Shown: positions 23,711-35,270 of the stretch, in pieces
How the letters are laid out: every line of letters starts with the position of its first letter
How positions within the stretch are numbered: position 1 is the stretch's first letter
NCBI RefSeq assembly: GCF_963921235.1
Contig: NC_086108.1
Span: 72,232,001 to 72,296,000 of the forward strand
DNA: 64,000 nt
Reading direction: 5' to 3'
Source of the DNA: Mobula hypostoma
Taxonomy: Eukaryota
Translations under genes and position numbers: made by a program
The notes under the pieces: generated by a model
Told to the model about the DNA's origin: nothing
The model's input: the letters and a program-made list of their open reading frames with translations, nothing else
The model's database searches: none

Positions 23711-25394
23711 GTGGGTGCGGGGGTTATATGGGAGGCAGGGTTTGAGGGTCGGCACAACATTGTGAGCTGAAGGGCCTGTACTGTGCTGTACTATTCTATG
23801 TTCTATGTAATCAAAACAATGGCCTCAATTTCTCTGGAACAATTACACCTTTCATAATTACTGGTCTCCTGAACTGACCACATTCTGGTGCCATGGATCT
23901 ATTTTGCTGACAAACTGCACACAATCCTGCACACAGTCTTAATAGTGGTAGAGCTTTCAGTAGCAAAATGGGAAAGTCCATCTTCTTAATCTGCTGACTT
24001 CAACCACATCTCCTGCATGTCCACTGATCAGTACATACAGGCTCTCAAAACTGCTGGGATTTTTTAATGTCCCTCTGTCTCCAATTTTTAAAGACATCCA
24101 AACATAAAAGCAATTTTATAAATTAAAAAAATTGAATCTTTAAATAATAAAATCAACAAAACACAAAAAATGTTTCTTAATAATTAAAACCATTAAATAA
24201 ATCAAAATTTATTGAGAACAAAGGAACTTGACTACAAGCCAATCTTCTCTGTAGTTCTGAAAGCTTCAGTGAAATCAATGGGCTCATTAGTCCATGAAGA
24301 TCTCATTGGATGTAAGACTTGAAATCTGATTTCCTGGTACTAATAATGGGAATCTCATCAAGATCCAGTTCTGTGCTGGACTTCTCAGTTCTGATGGTTA
24401 GGTGGGCAAACAGACAGCTCCATCAGCATTTACCAGGAAAATCTAGGACATTTGTAATAGTTTCATTTTACGTTTGAGAAATTAAGTATTCATTTTGTAT
24501 GACATGTTCATGTGTTTGTCCTTTTACAGGAAAGTCTTTTATTTTAAAGAGTGCATAAGATTCTGTACTCATATGGTATTAAGTTATATTTCAGATTAAT
24601 CTCTGCAAAGTACAATTTTAAAGAAATAGGGCTTTGAAGAAAAATACTTCCAAGAAAATAACATGGGGAATTATGTTCATGAGGACTGTGCTCACCAATT
24701 TTTTTTGACGTTCTGAAGGAAGAAATATTGTTTGTACAGTGTAACATATTTATTTAGAAACAAACGTTTGATATTTTGCCCACTGATTGCAGCTACTATC
24801 ACCATGCTGGTGTTGATCTAACTCTACTAAGGTATATAAATGTTATTTTTCTCACTACTACAGGGTGTCTGTAGTGATGCAATAATGCTATTATAATTGC
24901 TTTGCCCATGGCTTTTTGTCAAGTAATCCTAGGGTAAGGAGATACGAAAGCCATCATCTATTTTTCAATCAATTAAGAGTGTGCCTTTCTAGTTAGATGA
25001 ATATGTGCCCTTGATCACCTGTCTGACTGTGTAACTGATACTTGAGTCGCAGTAAGAATAATTCTGTGCTTAATTGCTCTGTTATTTGATAAGTCAGCAG
25101 TTCAAGCAAACTCCAATTTATATTTCGTGCTATTGTCATTGCAAGACTAAATAACTATTCACTTCAATGGAATGTTAGAATGGATTCAGAGTCAGAAAAT
25201 TGCTTTAGGCACTGTGGAAGGAGAGAAGTGGCAGATGATTATAGTAGTGAGCAAACCACTACCCTTGTTATTGAAACCTTATTGCCCTTTATGGGTAATG
25301 CTGGTACAACGTGTGTATCTGGATAATAATAAGCTATCTAGATTCTAATTCTGATTCTATCTTTATCTGTAACGCTACAACTAAATTTAAGTAG

Positions 25395-25755
25395 TCTTCC
25401 TAAAAGATCCCAAATCACTTCACAGCAACTGTGATGCCTTTAAAATGTGGCCAGGGTTGCAATGTAGAAAACAAGGCAGGGATTTGCTAGAAGCAATGAT
25501 AATCTTTTTAATTGGTATTTTGGAACACTGGAATGAAATATTTTGGTCTTAATCATTATACCACACTACCTTTCAGAGCCACTTGAGAAGGCGGGTTGTC
25601 ACCCAGTAAATGTCGTTTGAAAAGACAACATTTCTGGTAGTACAATCCTTGGTGGGTGCTTCTCTGTAGTTTCAGCCTCTAGTTCGTGCTCAAAGTTCTG
25701 GTCTGTGCCCGAAATAGTGAATTTCTGATTGTGACAAGAGTGCAGTCATTGGCTT
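25395..25755 (-). mobile_element. Old DeuSINE (SacSINE1-like), reverse orientation
   Basis: CCCAAATCACTTCACAGC...GTTGCAATGTAGAAAAC...CCACTTGAGAAGGC...GAAAAGACAACATTTCTGGTAGT...TCAGCCTCTAGTTCGTGCTCAA resembles the recalled reverse-strand DeuSINE consensus. Confidence 0.6.
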
Positions 25756-25784
25756 ACTACAATCTTCAATCTCTTCTCTGAGGA

Positions 25785-26120
25785 TTTTCACCTTGCATTG
25801 GTGGAGATGCTTGTGAGTTCCTGAGACACCAAGAGCAATGTCATCTGTAGATTTTCCATCTAGTGCTTCGCTACTGGTAGGGTCACCCATGGTGGTAAGG
25901 TCAAGGGGGATGTTCCAGACAAACAGTGTTCCAACCAAACCTACAATGGTGGATCTGGTGGACGATGATGTTATACTACAGCAGCAGTGAAGGGTCCCCT
26001 GTCATCTTGCAAGCCATGCTATTGGACCCTGCCCCCGATCTGTCAAAGACTGTGTGCTGGCTGCCCATGCAATAGCTTCCCCATATAAAACAAAATCATG
26101 CACGAGTGTTCCCCATTAAG
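25785..26120 (+). mobile_element. RTE (Rex3/Expander/BovB-like) 5' UTR fragment
   Basis: CACCTTGCATTGGTGGAGATGCTTGTG...CTGGTAGGGTCACCCATGGTGGTAAGGTCAAGGGGGATGTTCCAGAC resembles recalled RTE-clade 5' ends. No ORF follows. Confidence 0.55.
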
Positions 26121-27525
26121 GAGAATCCACCCTAACATGCCAGTTATGTGGATCCTGGATTGACCTCTCAAGCCACCTGAGGACCCACTCATAGACAACC
26201 CCTTTGGAGAACATCATATTGGACTCGAGTGATCACACTACTACTCAAGTGTGCAGTTTGACTTGGATCACATACACCGAAACTCAGACTCCGACCTCTG
26301 TTGTTGAGCAGTGTTTGCAACAATATTGCACATTTTATTTGTGATATTGATTAACATTATACACTGAATGTCTGGGTGTACTATTTTAGCACTGCTGATT
26401 AAATGGCACTCATGAGTTTACAAAAACACTTCGAGTTATAGTCTCTAGATTTTGGCAACAGAACACATAGCAGACACCCATACCCATGCCAATGTGAATG
26501 TATTGGTTTAATACATTTATTGCACTTGATAACTTTCGTAAAACAGCATGAAGTGAATTTTAGAATGGAAAGAAGATGCAAATTCAAGGTGACTGTCAAA
26601 CTGTAATGATTTTACAGGTCTGCAGAAAGGCTGAGGTCTGTAAAAGAATATCATAGTTTGAAAAGCTGATGGTTATTCAAAGAGAATGATGTTTTGGACT
26701 ATAGACCGAGTTCCTAGAAAAAAAATCATGTCTTCATTTCAGAAGTAAGAAGAGTAATGTTTGAGCATAATTCCTTTTTGAAATTCAGATATAATGACAT
26801 TTCCATTTCAAAATTTTCACTTTGATGTTGATTCCCTCTTTTGCATTTCCTTTTGCTTTTCATCCACATATCTTTTCCTCCTGTCTCACTCTCCCTCTGT
26901 TTCTCTGTTCCTCTCTCCTTCTACTCACTCTCTCTCATCCTCTTTTTCCTTAGGACTCTCCAAAATGTCATCGTTTGCCAAACCTTTTACTTATTCATTA
27001 TAGTAACCTCCTGGCTCTGAATCAATTTGTTGTTTATTGTGTTCCTGTGAAATGCTTTGGTGTGTTAGATAATAAATAAATTCTGATCACTGGATAAAAG
27101 AAAAACAACAGAATAAACAAAACACTCATTGGTAGAAGAACATATAATATACTCTTTAACTTTTTACATATGTGAAATAGGATCAGGCAGGAAAGATTCT
27201 GATGGTGATGAAGGGGAACTGCCTGTCGTTTGACTACTTTTCTTTCATCTTCACCATGGATGTGTTCTTCCCACACAACATGTAAATTTTATTCTTGTGT
27301 TGCTTTAGCCTTCACAAGCAGTATGCTTCTTTTGCACCTCCCATTCAGTAATCTTAAACTTATTTACAAACAATTGTGATTTTTGAATCATCCATTATTT
27401 TATTGTTTTCCCTTAACCTGCCTTCATTTTTTTCTGCTGCAGAATTGCTTGATCTTTCTTTAATCTTTGTTAGTTGCTAGTTTTGAAAAGTAATAACATG
27501 CATTGTAAATTGATAGAAGCCACAT

Positions 27526-27720
27526 TACTTTATACGTTATACTTTATTGTCGCCAAACAGTTGGAAATAGAAAGTACAATCATCACAGCGATATTTGATT
27601 CTGCGCTTCACACTCCCTGGATTACAAATATTAAATATTAAATATATTAAAAATAGTTAAAAATTAGTAAATATTAAAAATTTAAATTATAAATCATAAA
27701 TAGAAAATAGAAAAATGGGA
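27526..27720 (-). mobile_element. Rex1-type 3' UTR fragment
   Basis: Near reverse complement of about 17484-17640 (TACTTTATTGTCGCCAAACA...GCGATATTTGATTCTGCGCTT). Confidence 0.85.
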
Positions 27721-28367
27721 CATGACATCATGACATCCGTGACTAAGTGATCAAAGCTATATCGAGATCTCAGATCAGTGCAGTCAAATTTTGTATTCTA
27801 TTCTTGAATTAGATTGACAGCTTGTTAATGTTATAAAAGAATATTTCCGGTATGAACTGATTCATTGAATCATGGAGCAACCGACATTGTAGTCAATGGT
27901 AAAACCGGACTTTCTTGCATCACAACAGTAAAAATATTATTTTATGAAAAGATAAAATATACTTGACAACTGTTATTAAAATTGCTTTTGTTCCATTGAC
28001 TTAGCATTTTGATGCCATTTGACCTGATGACAAAGACTGACATCAATTGTGAAGCATTTCCCCAGGTTTATTAGAGTGTGATTTTTACAATGTCAGATTC
28101 TGCAGCATCTAGAGACTTGATAGAGTGAAACCTGGATGACTGAATTATTTAACAAAGAATCGGGTCAGATCACGTTGTGACAAATTGTAAGCTCCAGGTG
28201 ATTTTTGCACACAAGCGTGTCACAACATATATTCCAAACTCACAGGAAAAAAATGGAGAATTGTTGGATCTTCCAGCTGAGAGATGATGACCTCAAGTAA
28301 AACAACTCAATATTTTCTGGTTAAATCCAGCAAACAAAGAAGAAAGTAACATTAACAAGGTGAGTTG

Positions 28368-28616
28368 GGGTGGCACACTATTGTGGCAGTTAGCGCAATT
28401 GTTTGACAGCATCAGCGATCTGGGTTCAGTTCCCGTCGCTGTCTCTGAGGAGTTTGTCCGATCTCCCTGTTTCCTCTGGGGACTCTGACTTCCTCTCACC
28501 TTCGGAAGCTGTACGGAGTAGTAGGTTAATTGGTCACGTGTGTAAAAGGGTGGCAGGGGCTCATTAGGCTGGAATTACGGCTTCTGTTACTGTTGTATCT
28601 CTAAATAAAATGTAAA
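28368..28616 (+). mobile_element. V-SINE (HE1-like, tRNA-derived)
   Basis: tRNA-like head (GGTGGCAC...GTTAGCGC...GGGTTCAGTTCCC), V-domain-like GGAGTTTGT...TTTCCTCTGGGGACTCTGACTTCCTC...AGGTTAATTGGTCAC, and tail GTATCTCTAAATAAA. Confidence 0.75.
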
Positions 28617-28848
28617 GACAGCTTAGTCTGCCTCAATGTTTTAATGTGATTTAGTAACAATTTTCCAAGGAGAAAGATGAAACAACTATCAGAATATCCT
28701 GAACTATTTATTCGGAGACAAGGTTAGTCAGCATTTTGGTAGTTAGGGTGCCCATTAACAGTTTTTTATCCTTCAGAATGGTTGTTACAAAATGATTGTG
28801 TTGTGGAAAGATCTATACACTTGATATGATGTAAACACACATAATTTC

Positions 28849-29980
28849 AGGATTTATTTATCTCATGTACATTGAAATACAATATGAAATCCATTGTTTG
28901 TGTTAACATCCAACACATGCAAGTATATGCTGGGGACAGCCTGCAAGTGTTGCCATTCATTCTAACACCAACATAGCTTACCCACAATGTTCAACACAAT
29001 AACAACAATGTAACATAAAACAACACAAGCAGCAACAGAACAAAACAAGACAACAACAAACAAGCACCTTTACCACCCTCCTCCGCACACTGCACCCCCA
29101 GCCCCTCACTCTGACCCATGAAAGGCTGCTGGGCCTCCAGTCCTTGGCTCCAGGCTCTCAGACAGCAGGTTTCCAACATCCAGTCTCTGCTCTGGATTTG
29201 TAGACTCGACCTTCAGGCCTTCACCTTTAGACTCACCAACTTCATTCTTTGACCTTTCCGGCTTTCTACCCATGGACTGGCTAAACTTCGACTTTTCCCT
29301 CCGGACTTCACAACCTATGGTTATCAATGCCAGGACTCATTGATCACAGGTTTGACCTTTGGGGCTCGGCTGACCTGACCCCTGGATTCTCTGGCCTTCA
29401 ATTGTGAACTCACATCGACTGCTGGTCCTGGTGGCCTGCATGGGGGTGGGGAGGGGGTGGGTGCAGGTGGAGGTGCCACTGGCCCACATAAATCCTGGCT
29501 GTATGGGCTTCTGACTCTGGTTTCACTGACCTGGGGGATTGTTGGTGTCCCTGGCGCCTGTCAACACCATTTGACCTTCAGATCGGGACCTTTGAATATG
29601 GAACGCTCCAACCTAGGCTCTGAACACAGGCTCATGCCTCTGGCTCTTCCTTCTCCCTTACCCCTGTCCCTGAATCCTAATCTGAACCTAACTCCCCCCA
29701 CTATCCCCCAAACTATTCTGATGAATCTCAAGAAAAACTAACTGTTTGAGCCACGACATCAGCAGACATCACAGCTGATTGCCATTTTGACTTGATCACC
29801 AGTTCCTGCCTCTGTCTCTTCATTTTTTGCCTCTGACCTCAAACCTTCCCTCATCCCTGTCCCTAAACCCTATCTTCCTGTGGTCCCTAATACCTTTGTG
29901 CAAAATGATTTTTTTTGAAAACTGTGTCTGAGCCATGACATGGATAGATATCACAGCCCAACACCATCTTGATCAGGATT
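28849..29980 (-). mobile_element. Non-coding SINE-like retroelement with a duplicated 5' head
   Basis: AATAAA-type tail at the left end on the minus strand, GC-rich body, and two related head units at about 29650-29792 and 29844-29978. Confidence 0.5.
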
Positions 29981-30371
29981 TAGTGGGGAAAAAGTCCCTC
30001 CATTTCACATCATAGGAAAATGCTGAATACAATTCTAACTAGAGGGATTTGAATAGTTTGCAGAGCTTGCTTGATAGCTCTTTGGAAGCTGGAGAGCTTA
30101 CCAGCCCTAGAACTTGATTATCTGTGTTGTGTGAGAATTATGTCCTACTGGTGAAATATTCTGGCCTTCATCCAGACAAGTACTTCAATATGTGTCATTA
30201 GTTGTGATAGGTATTCGCTTCCTGGGCATTTTCCTCCTGTTTTGCTAAGCTCACTTTCTAAACACTGCAGCTACCACTTGTAAGATCAAACAGAAGTAAG
30301 TAAACTTCCAACTAGTTTTTCTTTGTTTAGTGTTCCATGCTCAAGGAGATCTGTTTTTTTTGTGAGAATGA

Positions 30372-31204
30372 TGTAATGGTCTTTTGGAGGTCACCTGATG
30401 TGATTTTCCCGCCGATGTGAGGTCACGTGATGACATGTGCACCATGACTATATAAGGGTCGACCCAGATGACGTGGTAGGTTTTTAGTTTGTAGATTTCC
30501 AGGTAGAACGTGCTGTATCTCCATTTCTGTTGAGTGTTTGTTTTTGTGACATGGTAAAATGGTTTTGCGTTCTATTGCAAGATACCATATTATTGGACTG
30601 GAAATTTTTGGCTAGATGTGTTGATTTACTCAATTCAAATAGTAGAAGGGAGAGTGAAGAATTTATTGAAGTACAGGATCAAGAGGAGTCGGCATCATTT
30701 GGCAGTTTAACAAAGGATCGACCTTATTGAGTCTTCATTGGCGGAGTAGCAACCTGCATCGAGGATAACTCTTGCCAAAAAGAGCAAGGAGTTCATGCAA
30801 CAGTTTGCTCTCTCTCTCTAAAGGAATTTAAGGTCAGTTGTTTTAAACTGTTTATTTACCTCCACGTGGATTCTGTGTACAGAACCAGCAGGAAAGTCGT
30901 GTCTATGAAGAAATCCTTCTCCAGGGAAGTCTCTCCCAATTGAACGTGTAAATCTGTTGGATTTTTGAATTTATTGCTTTTAAACTATATTTGGCTTTTT
31001 CGCTTTAAGAACTGTTTTCGCATTTAACTCTTTAAGAAACCAGTGCCGAGTGATGATTTGTTTGAACGGCTGCATACCAGTTAACTTCTGGTTAAAGTTC
31101 TCGTTTGTTTTTTTTTCCTTATTGTTTATCCATGTTTAATAAATGTTTGGTTGTTTTTATATACCCTGTCTCGATTGATATTCATTGTTGCCGTTTACGT
31201 AACA
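30372..31204 (+). mobile_element. Solo LTR (Gypsy-like)
   Basis: TGTAATG...CGTAACA termini, TATATAA at 30449-30455, AATAAA at 31138-31143, and more CpG than the flanks. No clear TSD. Confidence 0.75.
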
Positions 31205-32749
31205 TAAGCTTCTGTTCACAAAATGGAGTCAGTTCTTGTAATGTAAATGGAAAGCAGTAATCAGTTTGAAGTTAAAACAAAATACTAACTGAGAAACAGT
31301 TTTGAAAACAAACTCTGTATAGAGAAGACACTCTGTCTATAGAAAACAAATGTTGGTAACTGCATGTGGTTTATTACTGCTCAAAGAGTGCAGTATAAGA
31401 CAATGGGTTATTTTCTTAAAGCTTGTTTCAAAACAGAGAAGCTGACTAAATTGCTCAGTTCAAGGAAGTTTGCAGATGAGATGGAAACAAACACTTACCA
31501 TATAAATAATTGATCTATTAATGTTGGGAGTTCTATGTACTGAAGGAAGTTAGCTTTACGTCATTAGCTGATATCTGTGTCTCTGAAAAGCTTTTTAAAC
31601 TTTTGTGTAAAAAAAAAAGGGTATCCAAGGAAATATCAAATGTGCATGAGGTCACCCAATGGCAAAGAGAAAATGTATAAATGTAGGGAGCAGTTCATAA
31701 TTATTAGAAAAAGTGTAAGGGACATCAAGAAGAATGATAGTAGCATGGGGTGAGCTAAAATTCATTCCTCTACCTTCAAATTCTGAAATGGATAATTCAT
31801 TCTTCTGCATCGCTGATATGTCTTTTTAGTTTATAGGAAATATTGTGGAAATCCTTTAATGTTTTAAAAATACTTTGTGTTTTGGAAAACCATTGCAGTT
31901 TGGAAATGCTTTGTGCTTTACAAATGATTTGCGTTTTAGAAATGGTTTGTAATTTGATAATGTTTAAGATAGAAATACTCAGTAAGCTTTAAATGTGTTT
32001 AAGAGTGTGCTTGGATTTAAATGCATATCACTGAAAATAAATGAACAGTTTTAAACCTCTTTATTAGCTGGGAGTATCTTCTCCTTGGTAGGGAGAGGGG
32101 ACCCACCACTCAAATAGTTGGTCTTGGCAGCTAAACTCACTGTGGAGAATAAACAGGGAATTAAACTAGTTTTTGAAGATTGGGTAGTTACAGTAAAATT
32201 TCCCTTTAATGAGAGTACTCGAGGCTATTTATATCTGATAGGGACTTAAGGTTTTTGTTTGAGTTTAGCATTTCGTAGTCAGCAAACCCAATACCATCAG
32301 AGATTCAAAGGAACAATGCCGTTTTACGTTTTGCAACTATGGCCTGGAACAGAGTCAACAAGGCAACTGGAGGAGCATTGGAGGACACTATCAGGGATAG
32401 GCCATGCATACTCACCATCATCACAGCATTGCTGATCGTTAGTTCAACATTTACCTCACTTTTCTCCATTTATCTCGAAAGTCAAATGTGAAAGGTTATT
32501 ATTTTCATTACACACACAGACTTCTTAGTCTTCTGGCACAGCAAGTTCCAGACTATTATCACCTTATGTGTAAAAACATAATATCTGGCTTACTCCAGAG
32601 TAGATAGGTACAAGTATTAAGATTGTTCCTCTTCATTTCGCAGTAGTTTTTCATAGTAAGTGTCCATCAAGTTGATTTGTCATTTGAAAGACTTGAACAG
32701 TTTCACCCCGAAACTTCGAAATGAAAAATTATTATCAAAGTAATAGTGA

Positions 32750-33280
32750 GGCTGTGATTGTGCTGACATTGGAGAGCGTTCAGAGGAGGTTCACAAGGAT
32801 GATTCCGGGAATGAAAGGGTTATCATATGAGGAATGTTTGATGGCTCTGGGACTGGTACTCACTGGAACTGAGAAGGATTGGGGGGATCTCATTGATACC
32901 TTTCAAATGTTGAAAGACCTAGACAGAGTAGATTTGGAAAGGATGTTTCCCATGGTGGGGGAGTCCAGGACAAGAGGGCACAAGCTCATAATAGAGGGGT
33001 GACCATTTAAAACAGAGATGCATAGAAATTTCTTTAGCCAGAGGGTAGTGAGTCTGTGGAATTTGTTGGCACAGGCAGCTGTGGAGACCAGGTCGTTGGG
33101 TATATTTAAAGCAGAGCTTAATAGGTTCTTGATTGGACATGGCATCAAAGGTTACGGGGAGAAGGTCGGGGAGTGGGGCTGAGGAGAGGCAAAAAGGAGC
33201 AGCCATGATTGAGTGGCAGAGCAGACTCAAAGGGCCAAGTGGCCTAATTCTGCTCCTATGTCTTATGACCTTATGGTTTA
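32750..33280 (+). mobile_element. CR1 3' fragment
   Basis: LESVQRRFTRMIPGMKGLSYEE...RTRGHKL, with a 3' UTR ending TCTTATGACCTTATGG. Confidence 0.9.
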
Positions 33281-35013
33281 TGTCCATGTACCAGAGCAAT
33301 TTCTGATAAGGGCAGATACGAAACTATATGTGGAGATCTTCAAAGTTTTGTAGGAGATGTAGTGTTTCCTAAGACATGGAGCAGAATGAGGCCATTCAGC
33401 CCATTGAGTCTGATCCATCATGGCTGACCCCGGATCCCACTCAACGCAGTACACCTGCCCTCTCACCGTATCCTTTGATGCCCTGGCCGATCAGGAAACT
33501 ACCAACTTCCAGCTTAAATATACACATGGTTGTCCTCCACCACAGTCTGTGGCAGAGCATTCCACAGATTCACCAACGTCTGGCTAAAAAAATTTCCTCC
33601 TTACCTCTGTTCTAAAGGGTCACCCCTCAGTTTTGATGCTGTGCGCTGTAGGTCTGGATATTCCCACCATAGGAAACTTCCTTTCCACATCCACCCTTTC
33701 TAGTCCTGTCAAAATTCGGTAGCTATCAATGTGATCCCCCTGCATGCTTCAAAATTCCAATGAGTACAGGCCTAAAGCTGCCAAATGCTCCTTATATGTC
33801 AATCCCTTCATTCCCACAATCATCCCCATGAACCTTCTCTGGACTCTCTCCAATGACAACACATCCTTTCTGAGAGATGGGCCCAGAACTGTTGACAATA
33901 CTCCAAGTACAGCCTAACTAATGTCTTAAAAAGCTGTAAATTAACCTTCTAAGAGTCTTGCATGAGGATTCCTAAGTCTCTCTGCACCTCTGATGTTTGA
34001 ACCTTCTCCCCGTTTAGATGATAGTTTGCATTATTGTTCCTTTTACCAATACGCATTATCATACATTTCCCAACACTATTCCATCTGCCAACCTTTTGCC
34101 CATTCTTCCAATTTGCCTGAGTCCTGCCTCAATCGCATTGCTTCCTCAGCGCTACCTACCCGTCCACCTATCTTTGTATCATCCACAAACTTTGCCATAA
34201 AGCCATCAATTCCATTATCCAAATCATTGATAAGCAACATGAAAAGCAGCGATCCCAAAACTGACCCCTGAAGAACACCACTAGTCACTGGCAGCCAACC
34301 AGAAAAGGCCCCTTTTATTCCCACTCACTGCCTCCTGTCTGTCAGCCATTCCACTATCTAGGCCCGTACCTTTCCTGTAACACCATGCTCTGCCACAGAC
34401 TGCGGTGGAGGCCAATACCATTCCTGTATCTTGTCAAGCAGCCTCATGTGTGGCACCTTATCAAATGCCTTCTGAAAATCCAAGTAAATGACTTCCACCC
34501 TGCTTATTACTTCCTTGAAGAACTCTTAACAGATTTGTCAGACAAGATTTCTATTTACAGAAACCATGCTGACTTTGACTTATTTTATCTTTAGTCTCCA
34601 AGTACCCTGGAACCTCATCCTTAATAATGGACTCCAACACTTCCCCAACCACTGAGGTTAGGCTAACTGGCCTATAATTTCCTTTCATTTGCCTTTCTCC
34701 CTTCTTAAAGAGTGGAGTGACATTTGCAATCTTCCAGTCCTTGGGGACCATACCAGAATCAAGTGATTCTTGAATGATCATGACCAACACATCCATTATT
34801 TCTTCAGCAACCTCTCTCAGGACTCTGGGATGTAGTCCATCTGGTCCAGGTGATTTATCCACCTTAAGATCTTCGACTTTTGCCTCACAATTTTTCGTTT
34901 GTAATTGCAATGGCACTCACTCCAGCTCCCTGACACTCATGGACCTGTGGCACAGTGAAGACAAATGCAAGGTACCCATTAAGTTCATCTGCCATTTCTT
35001 TGTCCCCCATTAC

Positions 35014-35270
35014 CTCCTTCCTAGCGTGCCTCCCCAGAACGTCAGCCATTCTTGTCTGGCACGTGGTGTCAGGATTTGTCACCTTTCAGATTAACCGGGT
35101 CATGATATGAACGTTCCTGACTCGACCCTTGTTTGTCATGAGGCCGAGTGGCTAACTTGACGCTCAACCCAGCACAAATGGAAAGTGTGCTCGGGGGGTG
35201 GCCCGACTTGGATTCGAACTTGGGAGCCTTCGCTCCGAAGTCCGGCACTGATACCACTGTGTCACCAGCC
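35014..35270 (-). mobile_element. tRNA-derived SINE nested in CR1
   Basis: On the minus strand: GGCTGGTGACACAGTGG (A box) and GTTCGAATC (B box, 35211-35219). CR1 sequence resumes on both sides, with ATTAC at each junction. Confidence 0.85.

Larger units (their letters stand above)
19490..23807 (+). mobile_element. Near full-length CR1 LINE (5' UTR, ORF1, ORF2, 3' UTR), inactivated
   Basis: Repetitive 5' UTR, ORF1 and ORF2 as listed separately, and a 3' end in (TTCTATG)2 at 23794-23807. Confidence 0.95.

Noticed and set aside
31499..31539. Minus-strand 41-nt exon-like segment
   Set aside because: Not frame-preserving, short pyrimidine tract and unrecognised peptide.
35190..35270. tRNA gene
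   Set aside because: A/B boxes are present but continue into a SINE body shared with 5894; no convincing cloverleaf.
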